DNA from: a virus
DNA: 64,000 bases
Strand: one strand, 5' to 3'
IMG/VR virus record: IMGVR_UViG_3300020385_000008
Location: 1-64,000 of that record
A model generated the notes under the pieces. The model searched no databases and was not told where the DNA came from. It worked only from the letters and a program-made list of their open reading frames with translations. The translations under genes and the position numbers were made by a program. Positions 8,771-19,080 of the stretch are shown here, one piece after another (within the stretch, counting starts at the first letter, position 1; each line of letters opens with the position of its first letter).

Positions 8771-9921
8771 AAACTAAATCCAGAGAACTGATCTTCTTTC
8801 ATATCCTGCTTTAATCCCCCAACAATATAGGAGGTAATTTCTGTTTCTTGGGGAGCAACCTGGACACTCTTGGAGTTTAGCCAGTGCTCCGTCCAAGGTA
8901 GTGGGTTGTTTTTGGCTGGGATGTCGTAGATGGGTTCTAACCCAATAGCCTTCATACGACGGTTAGCTACCCACTCAACATAGTTAGACAGTAACTTTTC
9001 GTTAAGACCAATCATAGATCCATCTTTGAATAGATACTCTGCCCATTCTTTTTCTTGCTGAACAGCAGCACGGAATGTGTTGATGACCCACTCCTTTTCT
9101 TCTTTAGCAATCTCCACCATCTCGGGATCATCACCTCTATCCCAATTTTTTAGGATATTCTGGGTGATTACTAGATGTTGTGACTCATCACGTGCAATTA
9201 AACTGATGATTTTAGCAGATCCTTCCATCTGCTTTAGCTCACCGAAGGCAAAACTACAAGCAAATGATACATAGAAACGAATACCTTCTAGGATATTAAC
9301 ATTTGCTACAGCACGGTAGAGCTTACGCTTAAGCTCACGGCGTTCTTCCTGGGCACTACCAACTTCCTCGTGTGCCTGCTCATAGACCTTACGGCTGTCG
9401 TAGTCGTGAGCAGCATTGATAAAATCATTATATGCAGCAGTAACGGCAGTAGCACGTTCTAGGATACGATCATCCTTAAGGATGGTATCAAATACTTCAG
9501 AAGGATCTGAATAGATGTTCTTAATAATATATGTGTAGGAACGTGAATGGATCATCTCCATAAACTCCCACGCTTTCATACAACCTTCTAGTTCAGGTAG
9601 GGAGCAGTATGGTGCAAAAGCCATACTGGGACCACGCCCTTGTACTGAGTCTAAGAGGATTTGATATTTTAGATTACTAGTAAATATATGCTTCTGTTCT
9701 GGGCGCAACTTATGATAATCGGAACGATCTTTCTGAAGAGAAACCTCTTCTGGCTTCCAAAAGAATCCTAACTGCTGTTGAGTTAGCTTTTCAAAAATTG
9801 GATACTTATATGAGTCATACCTCTGAACTCCTAATGGTTGTCCAAAGAACATTGGCTGTTTTTTAGTATCAACTTCGTTAGAATTAAAAACAGTCATTCC
9901 TTCGATACTTTGCGTGGTCAT
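8767..9921 (-). CDS. nrdB: Ribonucleotide reductase class Ia beta subunit
   Basis: FWKPEE, EMIHSRSY, RDESQH, APQETE. Confidence 0.97.
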   Translation of the reverse strand: MTTQSIEGMTVFNSNEVDTKKQPMFFGQPLGVQRYDSYKYPIFEKLTQQQLGFFWKPEEVSLQKDRSDYHKLRPEQKHIFTSNLKYQILLDSVQGRGPSMAFAPYCSLPELEGCMKAWEFMEMIHSRSYTYIIKNIYSDPSEVFDTILKDDRILERATAVTAAYNDFINAAHDYDSRKVYEQAHEEVGSAQEERRELKRKLYRAVANVNILEGIRFYVSFACSFAFGELKQMEGSAKIISLIARDESQHLVITQNILKNWDRGDDPEMVEIAKEEKEWVINTFRAAVQQEKEWAEYLFKDGSMIGLNEKLLSNYVEWVANRRMKAIGLEPIYDIPAKNNPLPWTEHWLNSKSVQVAPQETEITSYIVGGLKQDMKEDQFSGFSL

Positions 9922-9999
9922 ACGTTCCTACGAGATTTTTTATTATAGCAGAAATGGGGAGCAGTGTCTATGACACTCTCCCCATAATTATATATCTTT

Positions 10000-12303
10000 T
10001 TAGATTGCGCAGCTGTCGCAGGTGTCTTCGTCAGCATTATCTAAAGTAGCCAGGATATCATCCATAGTTTCTTCCTTGAATTCTTCCTTTTCACCATCAC
10101 TTGAAGTATCATATGTGTTCTGATAGTAGCTAGTCTTCCACCCCATTTTGTATGTGGTAAGCCAGTCTTTGATCAAAACAGATACTGGGACTTCTCCATC
10201 TGAATAGTTCTCTGGGTTGTATGACCAGTTGCCAGAAATAGCTTGGTCAAAGAACTTCTGCATGATAGCTACGATGTTAATGTAACCTTCATTGCTCTTC
10301 ATATCCCACAATAAAGTGTAATGTTGCTTAAGAGTTTGGAAGGAAGGAACAATCTGCTTGAGAGGTCCTTTCTTACTTCTCTTAATGGAGATGTATCCAC
10401 GGGGTGGTTCTATACCATTAGTTGCGTTACAGACCACCGAGGAGCTTTCAGAAGGCATCTGTGCGCTCAATGTGGAGTTGCGTACCCCATACTTGATACA
10501 GTCGGCTCGTAGAGCTTCCCAGTCTAGTGAGAGATTGTTGGGAATTATATCATCAACATCAGTCTTGTATGTGTCAATAGGAAGAATACCGTGATGATAC
10601 TTGGTGCGATGAGACCAACCACAAGCTCCCTTTTCTTTGGCAAGATTAGTTGTAGCTTTGATGAGATAATACTGAAAGTGCTCTGTTAGATCGTGGACTA
10701 GCTGTAGTGCCTCTGTATCGGCGTAGTTGACGTGATGCTTGGCTAGGTAGTGTGCTAGTCCAATGTAACCAATACCGAGGCTACGGCGGTTCTTGGTGGC
10801 AATCTCTGCTGCTTTGATTGGGTACCCCTGGAAATCAATGAGTTCATCAAGTCCACGGACTGCTAGGTCACATAACTCTTCCATCTCTTCCAAGTTACGT
10901 AGCTTACCTACGTTGACTGCTGAAAGAATACAGAGAGCAATCTCACCTTCAGTATCATCAATATGGGTAAGGGGTTTAGTTGGAAGTGTAATCTCTTGGC
11001 AGAGGTTAGACATTTCAACCTTGTCTATGAAAGAACTATGACTATTACAGTGGTCAAGGTTCATAATGTAGATACGACCAGTCTCCGCACGTTCCTTAAG
11101 GATGTCTAGGATAAGTTCCTGTGCCTTTACTGTGGTTTTTGGGGTCATATCATTGAGCTCATACATCCTGTATAGAGTATCAAAGTCTTCTGTACCAAAA
11201 GCTTCATACAAACCAGGAACATCATGAGGGGAGAATAGTGTGATGTCTCCATTCTGAATAAACCTTTCATAGAAGATTTTACTCATTTGAATTGAGTAAT
11301 CAAGCTTGCGCACTCGGTTATCTTCTGTTCCTTTGTTGTTCTTAAGGACCAAAATGTCTTTAATTTCTTGGTGCCAGATGGGAAAGTGAACAGTAGCAGA
11401 ACCTCCACGAATACCATTTTGAGTACAGCAGCGGACAGTAGATTCAAACTTTTTAAGGAATGGAATCAGCCCGGTATGGCTGACCTCGCCACCACGGATT
11501 CTACTGTTGAGACCACGGATTCGCCCAGCGTTGATCCCGATGCCAGCTCTTTGCGCAACGTATCTGCCAATAGCCATATCAGAGCTAAAGATAGAATCGA
11601 GACTGTCGTCGGAATCAATAAGAACGCAGCTAGCGTACTGCCTAAGGGGCGTTCTAACACCTGCCATAATAGGCGTTGGAATATTGATACGGTGCTTTGA
11701 TGTTGCGTCATAATAACGTTTTACGAAGGACATGCGGGTTGCTTTAGGATAGCGCGAAAACATAGTCGCGGCAACCAAAAGGTACATAAATTGGGGAGTC
11801 TCATACATAGTATCCGAACTTCTGTCCTGTACTAGGTACTTGTCAATTACTTGACGGAGACCTGCGAATGTAAAGATATAGTCACGGTCATGATCAATGA
11901 TGCGATCAAACTCAGCAAACTCTTCATCTGAATATAGGGAAAGGATTTCCTCATCATACACACCAAACTCAACACAGCGCTCTACCTGCTCCCTCACTGA
12001 GATTAGTTCATGGAGCTTACCATAAACCTGCTTACGTAGAGCAAACAGCATTAGACGGGCAGCTACGAACTGATAGTTGGGATGATCCAAGTCAATTAAA
12101 TTGGAAGCAGAACTAACAAGAATACGTTGGATCTGATCAGTAGTAATACCATCAAAGAACTGAATCTCTGAAGTCATTTCAACTTGAGATACCGATACAC
12201 CAGCCAATCCTTCACAGGCAGCTTCTACCATTACATGTAGTTTATTGATATCAAGAGGCTCACTAGCACCAGATCTTTTAATTACCTTGATGTCGCTGTT
12301 CAT
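10000..12303 (-). CDS. nrdA: Ribonucleotide reductase class Ia alpha subunit
   Basis: ATP cone, SNLCQE, C-terminal CDSCAI; alternative start at 12315. Confidence 0.97.
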   Translation of the reverse strand: MNSDIKVIKRSGASEPLDINKLHVMVEAACEGLAGVSVSQVEMTSEIQFFDGITTDQIQRILVSSASNLIDLDHPNYQFVAARLMLFALRKQVYGKLHELISVREQVERCVEFGVYDEEILSLYSDEEFAEFDRIIDHDRDYIFTFAGLRQVIDKYLVQDRSSDTMYETPQFMYLLVAATMFSRYPKATRMSFVKRYYDATSKHRINIPTPIMAGVRTPLRQYASCVLIDSDDSLDSIFSSDMAIGRYVAQRAGIGINAGRIRGLNSRIRGGEVSHTGLIPFLKKFESTVRCCTQNGIRGGSATVHFPIWHQEIKDILVLKNNKGTEDNRVRKLDYSIQMSKIFYERFIQNGDITLFSPHDVPGLYEAFGTEDFDTLYRMYELNDMTPKTTVKAQELILDILKERAETGRIYIMNLDHCNSHSSFIDKVEMSNLCQEITLPTKPLTHIDDTEGEIALCILSAVNVGKLRNLEEMEELCDLAVRGLDELIDFQGYPIKAAEIATKNRRSLGIGYIGLAHYLAKHHVNYADTEALQLVHDLTEHFQYYLIKATTNLAKEKGACGWSHRTKYHHGILPIDTYKTDVDDIIPNNLSLDWEALRADCIKYGVRNSTLSAQMPSESSSVVCNATNGIEPPRGYISIKRSKKGPLKQIVPSFQTLKQHYTLLWDMKSNEGYINIVAIMQKFFDQAISGNWSYNPENYSDGEVPVSVLIKDWLTTYKMGWKTSYYQNTYDTSSDGEKEEFKEETMDDILATLDNADEDTCDSCAI

Positions 12304-13277
12304 AGTCGTTTCCATTCGTTATACTTAATTGTTGCTGTGAGTGATTGGTATGTGTTTGATTCTAACACAGAGTTGACATCTATGCCTTGTAGAACCATAT
12401 CATTTAAGTCTTTCTCTATAATACGTGATGGGAAAATAACAACCTTTTTACCTTGTTTAATTGCCTTCTCAATACGGGCACAGATTTCTTTGTTTCTTGG
12501 TTCGTTATCGTAAACGTATACTAGATCATTTAAATGTAGAGTATCTAGGTCAACATCAGCACCACACATTGCGATACCGTTATTGATAAATGTAGAGTCG
12601 AATGGTCCCTCTACCACGTAGACCGTCTTGTTTGTGTCTACTGTGTCCATCCCATATACTTTTGGGTGCTCATCGTTGAGCATAATAGTAATATATTTAA
12701 CCTTACTAGGTCTAAGTGCTCTCCCCTGAAAGCCAAATAGATCTCCATCTGCTGTATAAAGGGGGATTATAATACGTGCGTCATCATATTTCGTGCTATC
12801 GAATGCCTTAGTAAGTGTGTTTGCCCACTTCTTAAATGTTGGAGTGTAGTAAAACTTTTCTGGGTCTAACTTACGTTTCTCTAAGTATTCTTTTGCAGCT
12901 ATATTCTCTGATGCTTTCGGTAATCTAATCTTAAGCTTTCTAGTAAATACTGGCTTTGTAAATTTTAATTTAGGTGAAGGAGTTGAGAAGTTCTTTCCTG
13001 AGTGACCTTCCTTAAACTTCTCCATAACATATTGTTTATGGAGAGTAGTATCCATATGTTTAATGAAGTTGTTTAGTGACATACTAGCGCCACAGTTATG
13101 GCACTTAAAGTTTGTGTTGTTCTTTACAGTGTAAAGGTATCCTCTAGTCTTGGTCTTATTCTTAGATGAGTCTCCACAGATGGGACAGCGAAAATTAAAA
13201 AGATCCGCCTTTACTCTTTTGAATTTCTCAAGACGAGAGGATACTAGATTCACATATTTAGAGTCAACAAAATCCAT
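12300..13277 (-). CDS. gp61: DNA primase (gp61)
   Basis: RCPICGDS..CHNC zinc finger; EGPFDS TOPRIM motif. Confidence 0.95.
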   Translation of the reverse strand: MDFVDSKYVNLVSSRLEKFKRVKADLFNFRCPICGDSSKNKTKTRGYLYTVKNNTNFKCHNCGASMSLNNFIKHMDTTLHKQYVMEKFKEGHSGKNFSTPSPKLKFTKPVFTRKLKIRLPKASENIAAKEYLEKRKLDPEKFYYTPTFKKWANTLTKAFDSTKYDDARIIIPLYTADGDLFGFQGRALRPSKVKYITIMLNDEHPKVYGMDTVDTNKTVYVVEGPFDSTFINNGIAMCGADVDLDTLHLNDLVYVYDNEPRNKEICARIEKAIKQGKKVVIFPSRIIEKDLNDMVLQGIDVNSVLESNTYQSLTATIKYNEWKRL

Positions 13278-13290
13278 TGAAATACTAGTC

Positions 13291-13683
13291 TTAGTTCCTT
13301 GGAACTATTATAGCAGGTCTTTCTTCAACGAATACAAGTTCTGTGACAATAGGGGAAATAATCATAAGTGTCACAAAGAAAAGACTAATACCACCCATTC
13401 CCATCCAAACTTTACGTTCGATGGTATTGATTCTAGTAATAGCATCTTCTACTCTGTTCTCAAGTTTGTCCCCAAGATCCTCAATATCTTTAGCATTTTC
13501 AGCCAAAGACTCTCTGGTAAAGTCTAGCTTCTCTTCATGAACTGCCAACATTCTGCTGACACTTACACTTAGATCGCTTAACTTTTCTATAGTTGCGTCT
13601 AACCTGGATAGAACTTCTACCATGTTACCCAACTTCTCTTCAAGGACTGCTAACTTAATGTTATCGGGGTCCTTTTCTGGCAT
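13291..13683 (-). CDS. Coiled-coil protein with C-terminal TM helix
   Basis: Heptad pattern then hydrophobic segment. Confidence 0.65.
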   Translation of the reverse strand: MPEKDPDNIKLAVLEEKLGNMVEVLSRLDATIEKLSDLSVSVSRMLAVHEEKLDFTRESLAENAKDIEDLGDKLENRVEDAITRINTIERKVWMGMGGISLFFVTLMIISPIVTELVFVEERPAIIVPRN

Positions 13684-13939
13684 TTTTTACTCCTTTGCTT
13701 GGTTTTACTGCTTGTCTGTAAAACATATTAAGCTTCTTATACTTGCGTTTGCGAAAGTCTATTACTGGATCATACCCCGCAACTGGACCTTTGGCGTCAG
13801 CAGCACTAGAAAAACCAGGCTTCCCAGGAGAAGATTGCGTAGTCATACCACCACCGGTAGCAGCACCTGCAGCAGCTCCACCCATCTCTTCCTTAAGACG
13901 CCTATAGCATTCTAGTATTTTGTCTACCTTATTCACCAT
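13661..13939 (-). CDS. Hypothetical protein
   Basis: ORF track; overlaps both neighbours. Confidence 0.65.
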   Translation of the reverse strand: MVNKVDKILECYRRLKEEMGGAAAGAATGGGMTTQSSPGKPGFSSAADAKGPVAGYDPVIDFRKRKYKKLNMFYRQAVKPSKGVKNARKGPR

Positions 13940-14309
13940 CGATATTCTCCAGTTGGTCCAAACAGTATTGATCTAACACTATATCATCAATTACACTTCT
14001 AGGAAACTCTGGGAGTTTATGTAAGAAGACGAGAAAGCTTTTAATGGAGGACCATAAGTCTTTCTCTAGATTGAAAAATAATAGTGGGACTGCCGCATCT
14101 CCAAATACATTGAATAGCACTGTCAGATGATTAAGAATTAAATGTGTCTTCAGAGTATTATTGTTAATATAACGTCTCAAAAGACGTTTCACATACTTAA
14201 TCTTTTTCAAGTCTTCTTCAAAGTCCTCGCGAGTTACCGCATGAGGATTCTCATAATACTTGATAGCAAATAGGAGATAATTATCTTCATTTAGTTCTTT
14301 GAATTGCAT
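13929..14309 (-). CDS. Conserved T4-like hypothetical protein
   Basis: ELNEDNYLLFAIKYYENP..LILNH..FNVFG. Confidence 0.75.
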   Translation of the reverse strand: MQFKELNEDNYLLFAIKYYENPHAVTREDFEEDLKKIKYVKRLLRRYINNNTLKTHLILNHLTVLFNVFGDAAVPLLFFNLEKDLWSSIKSFLVFLHKLPEFPRSVIDDIVLDQYCLDQLENIDGE

Positions 14310-14340
14310 AATCCCCTACGCATATGCCACATAACTATTA

Positions 14341-14868
14341 CTAGGTAGTTGGGTATGGACGGTTACCTGTTGCGATTCCAGATTGAGCTACAAAAGTTTC
14401 GGTCTTATTACGAAGATTCCCATGCATATCAATGTAAGTCATAATACCAACCCAACCAGCGTGGAATCCACCAGTAGTTGTTGTTAGTCCAGCGGCAGCA
14501 ACACCAGCAGTAGATACACCAGCTAGAACTTGTGTGCGAATTGTAGAGATACCAGTTGTGGTATTTGCAGCACTTGGAGCATATCCGGGATCATTTTTCA
14601 AATAGATAGGCTGTGTTGCATATGTAGCAGGATACGTTCCAGCTGCTACAGCAGACATCTTGCCTACACGATAAAGATCAGTAGATATTTCAGCTTCCAA
14701 AGTTACGAAACCTGATTCGCCATCATCTAAGAGAGCAGAAGTTCCTGTTGCAATACCGCTAGCACTTAAACCAGCTGCAGATGCGGTCCAAAAATTAGAG
14801 CTAGCCGTACCGACAACGGTTACTGGGCTAGGACCGGTAATATTATCGCGAGTTCCCCAGAGTGACAT
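14341..14868 (-). CDS. Putative virion structural protein
   Basis: MSLWG start; HAGWVG..DMHGNLR..ETFVA; TATAAATA upstream (~14904-14911). Confidence 0.7.
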   Translation of the reverse strand: MSLWGTRDNITGPSPVTVVGTASSNFWTASAAGLSASGIATGTSALLDDGESGFVTLEAEISTDLYRVGKMSAVAAGTYPATYATQPIYLKNDPGYAPSAANTTTGISTIRTQVLAGVSTAGVAAAGLTTTTGGFHAGWVGIMTYIDMHGNLRNKTETFVAQSGIATGNRPYPTT

Positions 14869-14944
14869 TTTGTGTTCCTTTTGTAATTTAATTACTGTAG
14901 CTTTATTTATAATAAAAAAAAGACCCAGTTTTTGGGTCTTTAAA

Positions 14945-15118
14945 TTACTTAAGAAATATCCTTCGCATAGCGCGGAGAATATATTCAAGTATATCCAATA
15001 ACAATGATAGTACTCCATTTGCCTTCACAAGTTTTGTTTTACCTAGAGCTTCAGATAGAATCAGAAGTCCTGTAATAATCCAAAATGTAGCATGTGATAA
15101 GGCAAAGCACTCAATCAC
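14945..15118 (-). CDS. Small membrane protein, holin-like (57 aa)
   Basis: Translated by hand from GTG: ...GLLILSEALGKTKLVKANGVLSLL..., basic C-terminus. Confidence 0.5.
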   Translation of the reverse strand: MIECFALSHATFWIITGLLILSEALGKTKLVKANGVLSLLLDILEYILRAMRRIFLK

Positions 15119-15291
15119 TGAACTTCGCTAGGAAGTAGTGCTTTACGGACGGTAGCGACAACTAGGTCATCGATATCGTTGTCGGTGGAGGCAGCATAAC
15201 GCTCAAGTAGCTCAACTACTAGACGCTTTACTTCAGCAGACTCACGGAGCCACATTAGGATGGGCTTGAAAAGTTCTACTAGTTTAGACAT
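15115..15291 (-). CDS. Small hypothetical protein (58 aa, TDNDIDD motif)
   Basis: Translated by hand; TATAAATA late box upstream. Confidence 0.65.
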   Translation of the reverse strand: MSKLVELFKPILMWLRESAEVKRLVVELLERYAASTDNDIDDLVVATVRKALLPSEVQ

Positions 15292-15319
15292 AGGGGTTAC
15301 CTATAAACTGCTCTTTTAT

Positions 15320-17278
15320 TTATACACCCGCGCCGTTAGGAACGGTTCCATCATCGAAAGGCAACTCAGGACCACCGGGAGCATTAGGTCTACGGTCTCC
15401 AGGTGCTTCTCCACCATTCTTATAACGCTTAGGCTTACCCTTTGGATTCATTACTCCTGGCTTGCCTTCAGGATCTTTCGGGGGATCAATCATTTCCTTA
15501 CTAGGACCCGCTGAGTCATTACGACTATACTCAAGAATGGGCATACCAGCTTCATCAAGCTTGGCTTTTTTCTTCCTAGGCTTCTCCTCTTTCTTGCCCT
15601 CACAGACACATTCGGGAGTTCCACACTTAGGGCAGCACTCTTCAGCAACTAGATTCTTAATCTGATCGCGCAACCCCTCACTAACAGGTTGTTGACGTAG
15701 GCGACTCTGCGCACGACTTTCTTGACTGTCAGTTACAACAGCCTCTCCCATAGTGGGCATTATCTTGATGAATTGCTTATTGTCCACACCCTTACCAGTC
15801 AACTTTTTTCTCTCACGCTCACCTTGGTTCTCACTACCCGCGTTTATCAAGTCACCTTCAAGAACGACGTCCTCACCAATGGAAGACTTCTTCTTCTTAA
15901 AGTCAACAGCCATACGACGCTTGTAGAGATCTTTGACCTTATCAGGATCGCGGTCACGTGAACGCTTACCGTCTTCTAGCTTTTCGTCTCTATAGAGCTT
16001 AGCGGATTTTCTCTCACGCTTTTCCTTGGGGTCAGGCTTCCACTCTTCATCTACTTTTTTTTTAGCCTTGTCCATAGAAGCGCTTTGCTTCATAATATCT
16101 TTGATAGAACCAGAGATACCAGTGAAGCCGTCCTTGGAAGGATCAGTTTGCTTCTTTGAGTCATCCTTATAGCCACCAGCAGCGCGTGCCGCACGGCGAT
16201 TCTCGCGGAGTGCTAGGTAAGATTCCCAAGCAGACTCCTTCTTTACGATCTTACAAGATTCGTCATCCATCTCCTTATCACCAGCATACTTATTTTTGCC
16301 GTCCTTCTTTTCCATTCCTTCAGATTCATCGCGACGATCTTTCATGGATTGACTTTTTTTACCATTCTTAGATCCTAAAGCATCATCTAAACGATCATTA
16401 TAACCTTGATCATATCCTTCTTTCTTTACACCAGGATCTTTGGCTGGGCGGTCCTTCATACTATGTGTAAAACTGGATCTGTGGTCTTCTGGGGGATGAG
16501 TACCATCCTTACCAGTTCTCTTACCACCGTAAGTATCGCGACGGGGGTCTTCACCACGCTCAATAGAGGATCGGATACCGTCCATCTTAAAGGACTTATT
16601 CTTGCTGTCGCTGTCGCTCTTGGTGCGCTTACCAACAGCATCTTTCATATGCTTGTTTGACTGACGCTTCATCTTGTCTAGGTCAGCTTCCTTTTTACCT
16701 TCATCTAACCCAAACTCTTCGCGGCGAGTGTCCTGTCCATCAGGGCGACCACCCATCTTGCGTTGAATGGCGTTGTGGACTACACCAGCGTGCTCTTTAG
16801 AACCAGACTCAACCGTACCATCTCCATCACGGTCACCACGCTTGGCGGCTGCTGTTCGCTCACCCCTATCATCTTCGCCAGTATCACCGTGATCGGTCAA
16901 TTCAACAGAAGCAATATTTGGATTAGCGCGTAGCTCGGCAATTTTTTGACGAGTAGCGTAGCGAGTATAGCTAGAATTAGAACTACGATCCTTCACACGA
17001 ACCTTATACTTTGTTCCTTCACCAGTCTCTTTAGTATCAACTTCATGAATATCTTCTATACCAGTTACGAATACCGCCTTAAATGCGTTCGACAATGTGT
17101 CTTCAGCCATTTCTTTCAAGGTATAGTCCTCAAAGAACGCAGCCTTTAGAGCAGCAGCATCTTCAATGCTCATATCAGCTTCATAAAAGAAGGCAGTCAA
17201 TGCTTCGGTATGAGTTAGATTTTCAGTCTCGGCAAGAGTCTTTACTAACTCAATTGCCTCAGTGATTTGGAATTCCAT
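15320..17278 (-). CDS. Large charged low-complexity protein, probable internal head protein
   Basis: 652 aa, K/D/E/R-rich; TATAAATA late box at ~17319-17326. Confidence 0.65.
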   Translation of the reverse strand: MEFQITEAIELVKTLAETENLTHTEALTAFFYEADMSIEDAAALKAAFFEDYTLKEMAEDTLSNAFKAVFVTGIEDIHEVDTKETGEGTKYKVRVKDRSSNSSYTRYATRQKIAELRANPNIASVELTDHGDTGEDDRGERTAAAKRGDRDGDGTVESGSKEHAGVVHNAIQRKMGGRPDGQDTRREEFGLDEGKKEADLDKMKRQSNKHMKDAVGKRTKSDSDSKNKSFKMDGIRSSIERGEDPRRDTYGGKRTGKDGTHPPEDHRSSFTHSMKDRPAKDPGVKKEGYDQGYNDRLDDALGSKNGKKSQSMKDRRDESEGMEKKDGKNKYAGDKEMDDESCKIVKKESAWESYLALRENRRAARAAGGYKDDSKKQTDPSKDGFTGISGSIKDIMKQSASMDKAKKKVDEEWKPDPKEKRERKSAKLYRDEKLEDGKRSRDRDPDKVKDLYKRRMAVDFKKKKSSIGEDVVLEGDLINAGSENQGERERKKLTGKGVDNKQFIKIMPTMGEAVVTDSQESRAQSRLRQQPVSEGLRDQIKNLVAEECCPKCGTPECVCEGKKEEKPRKKKAKLDEAGMPILEYSRNDSAGPSKEMIDPPKDPEGKPGVMNPKGKPKRYKNGGEAPGDRRPNAPGGPELPFDDGTVPNGAGV

Positions 17279-17338
17279 TTATCTAAAATAAGCAGGGCGT
17301 GGGGTTTCTTCGTAGTTTTATTTATATAAGTTCTTAAT

Positions 17339-18604
17339 CTATGAAAACTTAGATAAAAATTGTATAAAGCTATTAGCTTTAGATTGGAGTCTAGTATTTG
17401 GATTGTTATAACTAACATCCTGCGTCCAGGTCTTAAACATCTTATTATCCTCTGTAACACAGATTAGATAGTTAGCTCCTGTCCTGACAATCTCAGCATA
17501 CATTCCAGTGTGATCGTGAGTTACCATATCGCCGATATTAAATATACTGCCATTGACATACTCTTCTCTCAATTCTAGTAAGTGTAATTTAGGAGCTATT
17601 TCCCAGTTTTCGCAAACAATTTTTTCTTTTGGAGTAATTCCCATAGCATCTTGGAGCTCTGTAAATATTCCAAGTAGAACTTTATTGTCCATAGATTTGG
17701 GCATACCTTTCTTAAAGGAAACAAAGTCATTATCTTTGGCTGCCTTACGCATCTTAGAAGCAGACATTCCATCAGTATCATCTGAATCGGGATCACGATC
17801 ACCAGCATTTACAACTTCAATATTATCAAATTGATAAGTAGATCCATTATACTTATTGGCTAGCTTCTCAAACTGAGCAACTCGATCTCCACCTCCAACA
17901 ATGCGCACATTAGCATAGCCATCGTTGTGTGCCTTACGCATAACATCAAAAATGGTACGGTTTGCCGCATCATTTACAATTTTTTCTGCGTGGTCTGGGT
18001 ATAGCTGACGCATTATGGAAGCTTTACGATCAACTCCTAATGGATTTTTCTTTTTGTCCTCAGAACGAGAAGGGATAATCATATAGTCATTATCATCGGA
18101 GCTAGAAGCCACCTTATCCATAAGTTTCTGGTGTCCCACGGTAGGTGGGTTGAAGCGTCCAAAGGCAAGAGTGAGTGTGCCTTTCGTTTTGGGTACATCA
18201 GCAGGTGTCTGTTGCTCTGTGGGAGCAGCAGCGGCAGCTGCTTGCTGAGCTTGCGCTGGGGCAGCGGCAGCATCCTGTGCGGTTACTTCTGGTGCTACTG
18301 CTCCCTTATTAGCTTGGGCTTGTGTAGCACCTTCTGTGTCCTTTACACGGGTCCCTAGGGCAGCACCACCAGCAGCTTCTTCGCCAGAAGTAGCTTTATC
18401 AGCTGCACTTTGGTTTGGGTCTCTCTCACCGTCAGCTTGATTGGAGTTAAAGAACTCCAAACTATCACCTTTGGTCTTGGCAACAAACTCACCGCGCTCA
18501 TCATACCAGCCACCGTGACCGTCACTACGCAAACCCATCTTAGTGGCTTGCTGAACGGCTTTGGATTGCTTGGCTTCAAATAGAAAACTTAGGAATGATT
18601 TCAT
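17339..18604 (-). CDS. Cytidyltransferase-like nucleotidyltransferase
   Basis: FGRFNPPTVGH (HxGH-like), GGDR, MSASKMR. Confidence 0.85.
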   Translation of the reverse strand: MKSFLSFLFEAKQSKAVQQATKMGLRSDGHGGWYDERGEFVAKTKGDSLEFFNSNQADGERDPNQSAADKATSGEEAAGGAALGTRVKDTEGATQAQANKGAVAPEVTAQDAAAAPAQAQQAAAAAAPTEQQTPADVPKTKGTLTLAFGRFNPPTVGHQKLMDKVASSSDDNDYMIIPSRSEDKKKNPLGVDRKASIMRQLYPDHAEKIVNDAANRTIFDVMRKAHNDGYANVRIVGGGDRVAQFEKLANKYNGSTYQFDNIEVVNAGDRDPDSDDTDGMSASKMRKAAKDNDFVSFKKGMPKSMDNKVLLGIFTELQDAMGITPKEKIVCENWEIAPKLHLLELREEYVNGSIFNIGDMVTHDHTGMYAEIVRTGANYLICVTEDNKMFKTWTQDVSYNNPNTRLQSKANSFIQFLSKFS

Positions 18605-18605
18605 C

Positions 18606-19073
18606 TCAATTAGATTTTAATTTATCCAGTTCGCCCTGTGCTAATCGAATGCTTAGGAATGCTATCACAAATGCATCGATATAATCAGAGTTGTCGAAAA
18701 TCACTGTAGTAATAATCTTTATATATTTATCACTACTAATTCCATAATAATTTGACTTCGCATTTTCCTTAAAATTAGTTTCTACAAATTCAATATATTC
18801 CTTTGCGGTTGACTTTGGGACTGCTAAGAAAGTTCCTTTATCAACCTTCTTCCCAAAATAAGATGCAAAGCTTGAGCCAATGTCGATACTGAAGAGATTA
18901 TCTTCCCTGGTAATAATGTCTCTGAATTTTTTACACCTATTAACAGCAGCACTAGCTCTGCGAATATGTGGAGCAATCTTAAATTTCCTATGAATTGGAA
19001 GTTTAGATGATGCATCTTTCAATAATTTAATTGGATCCTCTTTGGTGAAGAGGGCATACTCAAAGTCTAGCAT
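18606..19073 (-). CDS. Hypothetical protein
   Basis: ORF track; start MLDFEY chosen. Confidence 0.55.
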   Translation of the reverse strand: MLDFEYALFTKEDPIKLLKDASSKLPIHRKFKIAPHIRRASAAVNRCKKFRDIITREDNLFSIDIGSSFASYFGKKVDKGTFLAVPKSTAKEYIEFVETNFKENAKSNYYGISSDKYIKIITTVIFDNSDYIDAFVIAFLSIRLAQGELDKLKSN

Positions 19074-19080
19074 AATGAAT

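Noticed and set aside
8767-12303. Introns or inteins in nrdA/nrdB (also checked psbA, gp43, gp41)
   Set aside because: Reading frames are continuous, of expected length and lack splice motifs
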